NCBI RefSeq assembly: GCF_009914755.1
Contig: NC_060925.1
Direction: 5' to 3' (one strand)
Source of the DNA: the human T2T-CHM13v2.0 reference genome, Homo sapiens
DNA length: 64,000 nucleotides
In this document: one piece after another, positions 1 through 11,880 of the stretch
How positions within the stretch are numbered: position 1 is the first letter of the stretch
How the letters are laid out: each line of letters begins with the position of its first letter
Program-made: the position numbers and the translations under genes
Notes under the pieces: generated by a model
Databases searched by the model: none
Told to the model about the DNA's origin: nothing
Seen by the model: only the letters and a program-made list of their open reading frames with translations

Positions 1-80
1 CTCATCTCCTAATACCATCTCATTGGGGGGTTATAATTTCAACGTACAAATTTTGGGAAGACACAAACATTCAGCCTATA
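1..80 (-). mobile_element. MLT1-type MaLR LTR, 5' end (truncated by the window edge)
   Basis: Reverse complement resembles the MLT1A/B start (..GGCTGAATGTTTGTGTC..GTTGAAAT..ATGGTATTAGGAG). Confidence 0.65.
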
Positions 81-727
81 AGAATTGGTAAGTATATGAT
101 TACTTTACAGGGTACTGTCAAATTGTTTTTAAAAGTGATTGAGTGATTTTATATCTTCTCTTGGTGAATGTTTGTTTAAATCTTTGGCCACTGTTAATTT
201 TCCTTTTTCTGGAGTTGTAACGTTTTAGAATTTTTTTTTCTGAAAATAAGTTCTCTGTCTTATGTTTGTATCACTCAATATTATGTAATATTTTCTCCCT
301 GTCTATGGCTTCCTCTTTACTTTCTTAATAGTTTCTTTTAAAAATAGAAAGGTTTTGTGTGATTATATTTTTGTAAAAAGTGAAACATAGACATGCACAC
401 ACCCCTTTGAAATACAGAAAAGAACCTGGAAAGATATACACATGGTACATACCTCTGGGTAATCAAAGTGATTACCTCTAGGTGGTATAATTATAGTTCA
501 TTTAAAATTTTCTTTTTTTCCCCTAACTTTCCTTAATATACATGAATAGCTTTTATAATTCAAAAAATATTACATGATATGTGAATAACATTATAATAAT
601 TATATATATATATCATTAAGTGACACTCCTCCGCTTCTTGATCTTCTGAATGTGTCTTTCTTTCATCTTTGTATTCCTGGTGACTGTCTCAGCATCTGAT
701 AAAACTGGTGCACAATATAATTTGATC

Positions 728-845
728 AAATTCATTTAGCAAATATTTATTGAGAACCTACTATGTGCCAGGAATGTACTGGGTACTGGGAATGCAAATT
801 GTATATGAAACACAGATCTCGCAAATAAGTAATTTACAGTTGGAT
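728..845 (-). mobile_element. L2 3' end fragment
   Basis: ttcatttagcaaatatttattgagaacctactatgtgccagg is the reverse of the L2 terminus. Confidence 0.7.
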
Positions 846-3199
846 AATCTCTCTATTGCCTATGCCTATTATAATGCCTAACACTTACTAGCTACTTGAA
901 AAATGTGTCAATGAATGAAATGAAGAGATTGTAATTGAGTCTTGTATTTCTTAGCATGATATTTTTTCCCAGTTATATTATCTATTTATTTGACACTGAT
1001 TTTTTGGCTTATCTATTAGAGTTCAGCATGAACAATTCAAATAAATTGTCTGTACAAAGGGTTTTGCCTGAAATGGCCGAATCAAGTGGGATATAATTCT
1101 GAGCCCTCTGAAGAGCTGATGAATTTTAAAAAGAGAGGTATAGGGAGGGGTTTGGAAGATGAAAACTTTTTCATTACGTTTTTCTAGGTGAGCTCATCTT
1201 AAATAAAAGTAGAGTTCGAGTCATCTGCCTGGCATGGTAACATTTTCCTTTTTATTAGAAGTGGTCAGATCAGATCTCAAGTCACTTAAGATTATCTTAA
1301 TTATTAACATGACTACAATCATTCTTTACATAGATGTTGCATATGTATTACTTGGTCATTAGACTCAGGACAAACAGTGTCATCCACATAATCAAATTGA
1401 ATGATTTCATTCTCTGGCTCCAATCTCATGATACTATTAAATAATTTCCTGTGAAATATCAACTACCAAATATTGGATATATTTTTGTTGGTTACTATGT
1501 TTGGTAACTGTGTATGATATTGTCAGCTATGGTTACTGTGTTTGAACCTTTTTCTAATAAGGGCAAATAGAAATGGTGATTGCAAGAAGTCTCAAGACCT
1601 GTGAATAAGGAAAATAATTGTTCTTTCAGCAGATACATTCTAGTTAGCTACATTCATGTGTAAATAGAATAAAAGGGGGGCAGGGAGATATTACTGCATA
1701 AATTGAACATTGACTACCTTTTTAGTAGTGGAATGTCTTTTTTTATAAGCTAATATTTGAAGGGCAGGATTTTTGGGTGTTAAGCAGTTATGACTGGAGA
1801 TTAAAGCACATTTATTTTAATTTTATGGTGGCATTCCACAGGGTCAGAATTTTTGCAAATGTAAGTTTCATTCTGAATTTTACTTCTATCTTCTGCTTTG
1901 AGGATAAATCATTACCTGTAGGTGGAAATATATACCTTAACACATTTGATAATGACTTTGGAGCAGGAAAAAACCACTTTTTTGAGTACAAACATAAAAA
2001 ATTCTCATAATGTTTAGCTTTTCTAGACAGAAACATGTTTCTAGGAAACACAAGAGAGTTGTCTAATTATTTGTGAGTTCCGAACTGCTTGTCAACTTAT
2101 GTTAAATTGAACTGGAGTCATCCTTTAATCTGATCAATAAATTGCCCTATTACATTTACTAAACATTGCTGGCTAGCTCATGATCACTGCTTTAGTCCTT
2201 TTACAGGGCAACTGATTATAAAGTTCCTTTAAGCAAGAGGACTTTTCTTACACTTTCTAATTTCATCCAGTAGTTGATGGGAACAGTGGTGGAAAGTCTG
2301 TGGAGACACCAGTGAAATTTGCCTGTTTTAGTTCTATATAAGAGAACTCCGAAAGGGAGACAAATGTTTTCCATATGGTTAGAAATTGCTGGAATAAGTC
2401 AATCAACCACTTGGGGAAAGGTGGCTTCTATTGTTCTGCTATAGTTTCCTCTAAAACTTAATGATCGAAGAGCAGTTTTTGGAGGGAAGGAGTGACGTAG
2501 ATTTCTATCTTCAACAATTAAAAACCAGTAAGCTGAGACCACAGTCTAATCCAACTGTAACATTACCATCTCACCAATAAAGTCAGGGTTTGTTAAAGTT
2601 TCTAAGTTTGTAAATTTGTAAATTAACGTTTGTAAATTTGTAAATTAACCTATCAATACCTCAATATCCTTATTTGTAAAATTGAGATAATCCTAGTATC
2701 TATGTCATTGACTTATTTTGCAGTTCCATGAAATCATGTAAATAAAGCTGTCAGGGCAATGGATGACACATAATGGCAGAATAAGTATTAATAATTATTA
2801 TTACTGTTAGTACCATTGTTACTGCTATTATTTCCCACTTTTATTATTATTACTATTACTGATATCTCACCAATTCACCTCTGGGTCCCCATAATGTTTG
2901 GCAGTAAAATTTATAAAATCAACAATGCTCACTCTTCATTATTGAAGAAAATCAAAAGGTAGCATTTCCCTTCTGGGAGAAAGCATCCTCAAACATTACT
3001 GAATGTTGAATCTCACTTAATGAGTAGAGGAAAACAGTCTAAGCCTTCTGGGCCTGCAGATTGGAGGCAACAAGTGCCATGGGAACCTCTCTGTGCCTGA
3101 ACCAAGGTCCTGAGGCACAACAATGTTTCCCACTGGGCTGAGATAGCACTAAAGATGAGCTAAAGTTGATGCTAATCAATTTATAGATTTATTTGGCAG

Positions 3200-3555
3200 T
3201 ACAGGTCCATGATCTCTTTCCCACAATTCTGAAATCTAAAGAACTCCAAAAATAAAGAGGGTTTTGGGGGATGGGGCAGTCACTTATTAGTAAAACTAAC
3301 TTGATCAGCACTCATTTGGGGGCAAAATCTGAACTCATGTGAGTCTACTGTAGAGTCTTCATTAACCTTAGAATGAATATTATATGCAATGATTCAGAAG
3401 CATTTAATGACCTTGCATATGGAGTGTTGCCCTAGACCCCACTGGGGGTATATATAACATAAAGCGTATACATTTTTTTTTCCTAAAATGTGAAAAATTC
3501 TGAAGTTGGAAACACATGTGGCCCCAAGCTTTGTGGGTAGGAATTAAGAACTACA
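3200..3555. mobile_element. Old TcMar-Tigger DNA transposon (Tigger15a/MamRep434-like)
   Basis: Starts ta-caggtccatgatctc..aattctgaaatctaaa and ends with a degenerate inverse terminus. Subfamily is from recall. Confidence 0.45.
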
Positions 3556-3663
3556 CCTACTCACAGATTTACTTTGGTTTAGCAATGTGAGCAGACCCAG
3601 TGTCACCATCATTTCCTCCTCCAGCCTCCAACTCTGAATGCCTGCTCCTTGAGAGCCTGTCCC

Positions 3664-4172
3664 TGATAGAGGCAGAAGGCAGACAGATGCCTAGGCAGAT
3701 AGGTAAGTGTCCCCGGCAAAACCCCACCTTCAAGCCTAAAACAGCCTGAAGGCTGAAAGACCAGATGAAACCTGTGACCCAGAGGAAGAACTGCCCCTGT
3801 TTGCCTGCTCTTTCCCAACTGATTCTTTCTGAATAGTCCCTTTTAACCAATTGAATGTTACCTTTTTCTATACAACCTATGGCTTGCCTGGGCATGCCTG
3901 CATGCACACTGGGAGAATAGGGTAGAGCCACCAGGAATTCATGCTTTATGCTGGGGAGGAGCCTAGCCTCTTCAGCTCGTATGTGAAAGTCCTAGCACTC
4001 CACCATGAGATTGGAGGCTGCTGGCCAGACCCCTCTCTTTGTTGAGAGCTCCCCTTTTACTTAATAAATTCCACCCTCCTCACCCTTCAATGTGTCTATG
4101 TGCCTAATTCTTCTTGGTCATGAGACAAGATACTGGATTTAACTGAGCTAAAGAGCAGAAAATCCTGCATCA
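3664..4172 (+). mobile_element. ERV1-class solo LTR (MER61/LTR9-like)
   Basis: TG..CA termini (tgatagaggcagaaggcagac..aaaatcctgcatca), internal AATAAA at about 4063, p53-like decamer pair at 3880-3899. Confidence 0.8.
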
Positions 4173-4261
4173 TCTTTCACCTCTACACAGAGCCCTGATG
4201 GGCTCCCAGAGAAAAGGAAGGCCATTGAACCAAGGTCAACAGCCATGACAGACTGTGATGG

Positions 4262-4287
4262 TTTTTTTTTTTTTTTTTTTTTTTTTT
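4262..4287. repeat. poly(T)26
   Basis: Direct read. Confidence 0.95.
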
Positions 4288-5767
4288 GCACTAGAGAAAG
4301 CCATCCCTTCCTGCTCTTTTGAAGCCAGGGATCAAAATTTAGAGACTGTTTGGGTGATTATAATTCAAACTGAAGGATAATCTCCCCAGTGAAATTAGAC
4401 TATAAGCCCATGGACCTAGCATTTCTGATTCCAGCAGGCCATTGCATGTTGGAGATTTGGTTTCTTCTCTCTCTGTGGTTTTCAGTTTGGTGTTCAGTTT
4501 AGCTGCTCTAGCGTGCTGACTCTACCTTGTCCTACTTCAGTTATGCAGCTAGCTCTTGGGACAACTCTGGGGTGACTCTCTGACATTTCTTTCTGTTCAT
4601 CTTGAAAATAAAATAGCTCTGAGATTTAGGTTGGAAGATCTGTATTTACTAATCAAACCAGAGATATAAGGCCATGGTAAAGAGATAGCAGTTTCCTAGG
4701 CCTAATTAAGGAATGGATGCTAACAATGACATGTTTTACAAAAGAAATATTACACTGGAAAGGCATTTGTTTAGTAATGAAATCCCAGAAATGATTTCAA
4801 AAGACAGAAATTGTTAAAGTACCATGGAGGAAGGGAACCCTGGTCATGGGAGGTGACTTGCCAGCCTCAGTGCTCTGGACTCTTTGAAACTGATGTCAGC
4901 AAACATTCCAACCATCTAACCAACTTCCCTTGCTTTATTCCTACGTTTTCCCTGCCTAGAGGAAAAAAATACACTGGTCAGAAGACGCAAGAGTCCAAGT
5001 TCCTCGGTTGTTCTAGTTCTTATTGCACGTTCTATTTTATATAACTATGTTTGTGAATTGAGGTAGTCAGAGTTTGCCCCAAGGCAGGGAGCTAGTCATG
5101 GTGTGTGTGCTAACAAGCCCTCATAACTGAGAGGCTGAGGCTGCCACCCAGAGAGGACTTCTTGCAGGCAGACATGGCTTCTCCTGAGGCACCCTGCCCT
5201 TGCTTCCAGAGGGTAGACAGGTGGTCAGGTGAAGCAGACAACAGGTGACTCCCCTTGTTGTGCATCTTCCCCTAGAGTTTTTCTTTCTGAAGCAAAAACA
5301 TGTATTTTAGTACTCTTTATTTGTTTCTGAGGTTAGAGTACATCAGGTTGACAACAATAAGTCAAATAAAAAATATTTACTAAGTATCTACTATTTTATT
5401 CACATTGCACCAGGCCTTAGGGAAATGCAAAAGAAGCAAAGAAATGTTCCTGCCCTGGAGAGACAAAACTAACAAACTTTGCACAGGAAGAAAACATTTC
5501 TGCAGCAAAACCAGGGCAGATAAATGTGGCTGTTTTGATTGACAGTGGGGAGAATCTGGGTCTAACTTGGTTAAAGGAGAGAGAAAGAAAAGCATGAGCT
5601 AACATGTTAAGAGATTCTAAAAACTGTAAACAGAGAAGAGACTTCCAGGTCTACAGGGGACAGGCAGGCAACTGGAGATATGACAGCCTTTGTGTAGGTG
5701 GTGGGATGGTCTGTTGACCTGGAAAACTCATGTCCTACTTAAAGAGGCAGTTGCTTCAGGCCTAGTT

Positions 5768-5986
5768 CAGGGGTTGGGAAATGTTTCCTTGTAATGTGAC
5801 AGATAGCAAATATTTATTCTTTTCAAGGCCCTCCTGTCTCTGTTGCAACTCAGATCTGCAACTCTGTTACCCATGGAAGCAGCCATTGACCACATGATTA
5901 CTGGATGGGTGTGACTGTGTTCCAGTAAAATTTTATTTGCAAAAACTAGAGGCCATGGTGTGGTCACCATAGTTTTCCAACCTCTG
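5768..5986 (+). mobile_element. MER58A (hAT-Charlie MITE)
   Basis: TIR-like ends caggggttgggaaa..ttttccaacctctg; internal gggtgtgactgtgttccagtaaaattttatt signature. Confidence 0.8.
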
Positions 5987-7883
5987 CTCTAGAGCTGATG
6001 GCTGTTGGATCTGAGTTTTCAAAGGGATTTAGAAGTCAAGATTGTGATGTGAAATATCTTGATTTTAACATGTTGAATCAAAACACATTTAATGTCATCT
6101 GATACAAGCAAAATCCTTTCTATGACCTCATTTGCAGCTAATTTGCATACTTTGGGTAAGATTTGATATGGATTTTAAAGATAAGTAGGATTTGATAACT
6201 GAACAGGAGAAAGGAGGGTTTCTGAGAAGGGGGAATAGCATGATATTCAAATTAGCTTAAGTTCATACTGACATTGTTTGATTAGCACAGCACCAATAGT
6301 TCAGCTTCTCTATCCATCTAAGCAGCCCTCACTAAAATCCTGGCCTTCTTGCAATAGTTCTCTTTAACTATGCTTTGTTATTCTTTGGATGAGGTTTTCT
6401 AAGAATCTATTGTATTAGGGAGCCCCAAATCTGCAATTTCCTTCTAATGAGGCCTGTTAATTTGATGATAGCATAATCAAATATAAACACCACCCTCCCT
6501 TGGTCTGTAGGGTGCTTCATAATGAGATGGATCCAGAGGGGCAGAGAGTTGCCAGACACATGAAAGAAGCCTGTGTCCCTAACTAAGGAAGGACTTATTA
6601 ATGACTTTAGTCCCAAAGGAAGAGACACACAGAAAATCTTCAGAAAAGAGAAATGGCGATGGTGAAATCAAAGCAACCCAGATGGCCTATAAACAGGCTA
6701 ATTATGTGGAAGACCCAGAAGCAGCTCTGAAGTTTCTTTCCCAGCTGCCTATGGAGTCTGCCAGGTAGCCAGATGCTGGCAGGGAAAATGCCTTCCACAG
6801 GTCATCAGCAAAGTGGTGCTCCACATTAAAGCAAAGGATAACCCCAGTACTTTCCTTTATGCAACAAAAGAAGATTTCAGATCTTTATGAGAAAAATTTT
6901 AGAGAACTTGTAAACCTCCATATTATTCAATGAATAAGAATTATGCTGATTGTTTTTGTTGATGGAAAAACACAATTTCAGAATACCACATATGTTTTTG
7001 TGCATGTACATATACATATTAGAATAAAGAAAGAAAATGATTCCGGGGTATCTTGTTAATACATTGTAGTTTAGAGATAAATGTCAAAATTTTGATGAAT
7101 AATGTCATTTCATGTCAATATTTTCTTTATCATCTTAGAAGTACCAAACTCAAAGCTCGGCTCAGATGCTGAAATAAGATGCTGTGATTGAAAAGCTCTG
7201 CTCGTTCTTAAGCCTTCCTTATAGGCTTTGGGACACCTTCTGCCAGGCATCTGAGGGTAGGTAGTGTAGGTCTTTCTTGCTAATTGAGTATGGTGATTTC
7301 AGCAATATCTGCAGAGAAGCCAGGCACTCAGATTCAGAATGGAAAACAAGATAGAAGAGTAAAAAAGGGCAATGTGGTGGCTTTTTATTTAAAGCTAAAA
7401 AAATTAATTTATCTATGACCAGGAGGATATCATAAAAGATAATGGGACTTGTGTTTCAAGAGACCTACCTCAGTTTCCTAGCTATTTTTTAGTTTTAATA
7501 ACACTTAAGATTTTCTTCTTTTTAAATCGAGGCATCTCCATCTTCCTCTGTGCTTTTATTCTTGGTGTCTATTAATTGTTGAGAATTGCATATGAGTGGA
7601 GACAATAGAGGCATTATGCAGGTGTCATTTTAATTATATATCATAGGAAGAGAGAATCATTGTTTGTAAGTAACTCTATGTTCAATATCGGGGCTCAGTT
7701 CGGAAACTTGAAGAAGACATTCCTAGCCAGCTCTTGCACTCTTTTGGGCTCACACATCGCTATGTTGCATTGCCATGTTGCATTGCCACTTTTTCATGTA
7801 TCTACCAGTCTCCATCACAGTACTATGCATTCCCTGAAGGCAGAGGTGGCGTAGTATGGAGTTTAATTCTAAATTTTCTTATG

Positions 7884-9146
7884 AGGGAAAGATTGGTCTT
7901 TTCATCAAATGGGCTGGTACATCTGGAAATCTACATGCAAATGAATGAAGCTGGATTCCTACTCACCATCTAAAAAAAATTAACTCAAACAGATCAAAAA
8001 CCCAAATGTAAAGGTAAAAATATAAATAGAAGAAAGCCTTGGTGTAAATTTTGTGAACTCTCATTAGCTAATAGTTATTTAGATAAATTATACCAAAAAT
8101 AAAAGTAACACAATTTTAAAAAATAGATAAATTGGGCATCACCAAATTAAAAACTTTTGTGCTTCAAAGGACACTATCAAGAAAGTGAAAAGACAACCCA
8201 CAGAATGTGAAACATTTTTGCAAATCATACAGTTGATAAGGGACTTGAGTCTAGAATGTACAAAGAACTCCTGCAACTCAATAATAAGACAATCCAATTA
8301 AAAATAAGCAGACAATATAAGTACACATTTGTCTTAAGAAGGGACAGAAAAAGTCAACGAACACATGAAAAGTTGTTCAGCATCATAAGCTGTCAGTAAA
8401 ATGCAAACCAAAGCTACAATGAGATACCATCTCATGTCATTAGGATAGCTATGATCCAAAGTACAGATAATAATAAGTGTTGGCAAGGATGTGGATAAAT
8501 TAGAACACTCATTCCCTGTTGGTGGAAATGTAAGTTGGTGTAGCTGCTTTAGAAGACAGTCTGGCACTTCCATAAAAGGTTAAAAAGAGTTACCACATGA
8601 CCCAGCAATTTCACTTTTAGGTATATATTCAACAGAAATGAAAACATATGTCCATAACAAAATTTCTACATGAATGTTCACAGAAGCTTTATTCATAATA
8701 GCCAAAAAGTAAAAACCACCCAAATATCCACCAACTGATGAATGGGTAAATAAAATATGTCATATCCATCAAATGGAATATTATACGGCCATAGAAAAAA
8801 TGAACTATTAATACATGCTAATATATGAATTAACCTTGAAAATAGCATGCTAAGCAAAAGAAGCCACTCACAAAGTACAGTGGTAATATCCACACTATAT
8901 TGCATGATTCTATTTTTGAAATGTCCAGAATAGGCAAATCCATAGAGATCAGAGGCAGATTAGTGTTTCCCTAGGGTTGGGCAGAGAGGAATGTGGAGTG
9001 ACTGCCAATTGACTGAGTTTCTTTTTTTTGGTGTCATAAAAATGGATTCTGGTGATGGTTGCATAAATGTAAATGCACTATAACCTATTGAATTGTACAC
9101 TTTAGATGGCTGTTACATGAATTACAGCTCAATACAGCTGTTATAA
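7884..9146 (+). mobile_element. L1M (L1MB-type) 3' portion: degenerate ORF2 end plus 3'UTR
   Basis: aaaacttttgtgcttcaaaggacactatcaagaaagtgaaaagacaacccacagaatg; gacccagcaatttcac; ccaactgatgaatggg; ends aattacagctcaatacagctg. Confidence 0.9.
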
Positions 9147-9699
9147 AGGATAATTTATTATGTACCTAGGCTACTACATGCCAGGCTCTGCACCTGGCTC
9201 TGGGAATGCAAAGATGAATATGACAACTGCTTTTAATCTGATGCACTAATAGGCATATGCATAAGGAGTAGAGATATTACCAGGAGTGAATGATTAATTC
9301 TTGCAATTGGGGATATCCTCAGAGATATCAGAGAGGAGGTCCCAGCTGCTTGAGATAGTATTTGAAGAAAAAAGAAAAGTTTCCTCCAAGTGTGGCATGA
9401 TTAAGAGCAATACAGAATGAGGAAGTAGCACATGCTAAGACGTGGAGGTATTTTACACATTTATTTTGATATAATTTATTTTTGAAAAACTCTATGCTAC
9501 AAAAAGGAAAAAAAGAAGTTTAAAAAGCACTTTTTGGGCAATTGCTTTAGTATTGATGAAAGGTGGCAAGGACGCAAGTTGAGGTCACACATGTGGGATG
9601 GTGTGGAGAGTTGGGAATAAGCAAAGGGCACATTTATAGAGCCCCTGCCCTGTTCCTACAGGTCTTGCCTCTCTTTGTCTGCACACAACCCTATAAAAT

Positions 9700-9845
9700 C
9701 TGCTTACTCTTCTTCATTTTATTGACAAGAGAAATGAGGCACAGAGAAGTAAGGTGACTTGCCCAAAGTCTCAAGTGGCCAATTGGCAGAGTTAGTATTC
9801 AACCTGGAAAATCTGTCTCCAGAACCTGAGCTCTAAGCCACTAAT
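9700..9845 (-). mobile_element. MIR SINE
   Basis: gaaatgaggcacagagaagtaaggtgacttgcccaa core. Confidence 0.75.
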
Positions 9846-10304
9846 CTTATTTTGAAGGCGTTATTCCAATTTTGTATTCCCCATGAAACCTGGCCCAAGG
9901 CCTGACCCATTGCTGGACCTTTGAAAATGATTATTGTTTGAATAAATCCATGCTCTCCTATCTGTTTATTTCAAAGATTCCATGCTATGAAGCATGAAGC
10001 ATAGGCATGAGCACAGGCAATCCCACTGCCTACAAGTAGAGAAGCTGGAAATGGAGGTCCTGGCCTTCTGCTTCAAGACAGCTGCCTTTTTCCCTCCTTC
10101 GTACTCTTTATAGTGCCTAACTAGCAGATCCAACCACCCAGTGACACCAATCTGAAGAGCCAATATTTATTAATATTTAATTTTATGAGTATAAAATTAA
10201 GCTAATACTTATCAAGCAAGTTCTACATGCAGGCACTGTGCTAAGCACTTTACGTGCATTTTCCCCTTTGGATCTCTTGATAATGCTAAGCAGCTGATCC
10301 TTGG

Positions 10305-10545
10305 GAAAGTGGCATATTGATCAACAGCATGGATTCGGGAGGCGAACTGCATGGGTTCAGATCTTAGCTCTGCCATTTACCAGCAGTGTGGTGTGTGAAA
10401 TCTGTTTAATATATCAGTACCTCAGTTTCCTCATCTAATAATAGTACCTACTTCGTAAGATTGCTGTGATGGCTAAATAAATTATTGGCTGTTGAGTATT
10501 TGGAATAGTACCTGACATGGTGACTGCTAAGTGGTAGCTGTTATC
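10305..10545 (+). mobile_element. MIR SINE
   Basis: gggttcagatcttagctctgccatttacc..cctcagtttcctcatct..aatagtacctac. Confidence 0.75.
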
Positions 10546-11442
10546 AGTAATTTTCTTTCTACATCTGTTTACAATTGAGAAAAGTGAGGTTTACATTATT
10601 AAGTACCTTCCACACAAAGACACAGCTAAGAGCCAGAGCCAGGATTCAAACACAGGGAATTTGATTCCAGAATCTGCATTCTGAACCAACTCCAGAAAAT
10701 TCAGTTCCCATGGTATATAACCTCTGTGAAGCATCCTTTGTCTTCCCAGACGAATTTAAGGATGGCTTTATCTATACTTGCATAATAGCAATAAAATAAA
10801 ATGTTCAACATTTTGTTAGAAATGTAGGACACCGTATTGCTATATTTTCCATTTTCACAGTGGCTGGTATCTAGTAGGCTCTTAATAAATATATGTTGTT
10901 AGTCTAAACCCTATTGCTAAATATTTCTTCAATCCATTCCCTCCTCCCTAACCCTATTACTGCTACCTTATTAGTCCAGGCACTCAAAATTTCTTGCTTG
11001 AGCAGATGTAACAGCATCCTAATTAGACTTTGTGCTGCCTACCCTGCACCATACCCTGTGATATGAGATAATATTAGTGATCTTTTTTCTGTGCGACCAA
11101 AAGAATCTACAGTTTTCCAGCTGATAAAATTGATCCAAAAGCTAAATGTTTATACATACAGCCCAATAATTTCATGATAATTTGGGCAGCCTTGCCACCC
11201 GAAAGTCCTTAATAATTGCTATTTGTTGAGTGTAGAACTATCTCTGTTATTTAAAGCATGGTGAAGAAGAGTGTTGATTTGTAAACACCAATGTAAAAAC
11301 AGTTGACCTGATAGTCATATGCAAAATATGGTTTGTTTGTTTTTTACTGTTGCTGTACCAAATAACTCATCTTAAAATTTTAACTATATGACAAGTTCCA
11401 TGTAGGTCTGTTCATGATCATGAACATCCTCTTTAAGGAAGG

Positions 11443-11880
11443 TGTCTTGGTCCATTCAAGCTACTATAACAAAGTAGCATAGACTGGATGGCTTATAAAC
11501 AACAAAAAGGTATTTCTCACAGTTCTGGAGGCTGAGAGGTCCAAGGTCAAGTTGTCTGTAGATTCTGTGTCTGGTGAGGGCCTATTTCCTGGTTCGTAGA
11601 TAGCAACTTCTTGCTGTGTTCTTACACCCTGTAAGGGGTGAGTAAGCTCCCTAGGCCCTCTTTTATAAGGGCACTAATCCCATTCACGAGGGCTCTGCTC
11701 TTATAACCTAAGCATCCCTTAAAAGGCCCCACTTCCTAATACCATCACCTTGTTGGTTAGGATTTCACCATGCAAATTCCTGCTTGCCATGGTATTTAAT
11801 ATATTCACAGGTTTCAGGGATTAGGATATAGGTAACTTTGGGGGCAGTGGGGGGGGGGGAGCATTATTCTGTCTACTATG
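11443..11880 (-). mobile_element. MLT1A-type MaLR LTR plus an adjoining MLT1 fragment
   Basis: ggcttataaacaac..tttctcacagttctggaggctg..gtccaaggtcaag..tataagggcactaatcccattcacgagggc..cctaataccatcacc. Confidence 0.8.

Noticed and set aside
2031-2049. p53 half-site AAACATGTTT overlapping a STAT/BCL6-like TTCTAGGAA
   Set aside because: A single half-site and a 9-mer are expected by chance in 64 kb of AT-rich DNA.
8334-8905. ORFs within L1 and LTR elements (also 3569-3931, 18395-18700, 38562-39202, 48320-48933)
   Set aside because: They are antisense or chance frames in decayed repeats, with no intact RT, EN, gag or env.
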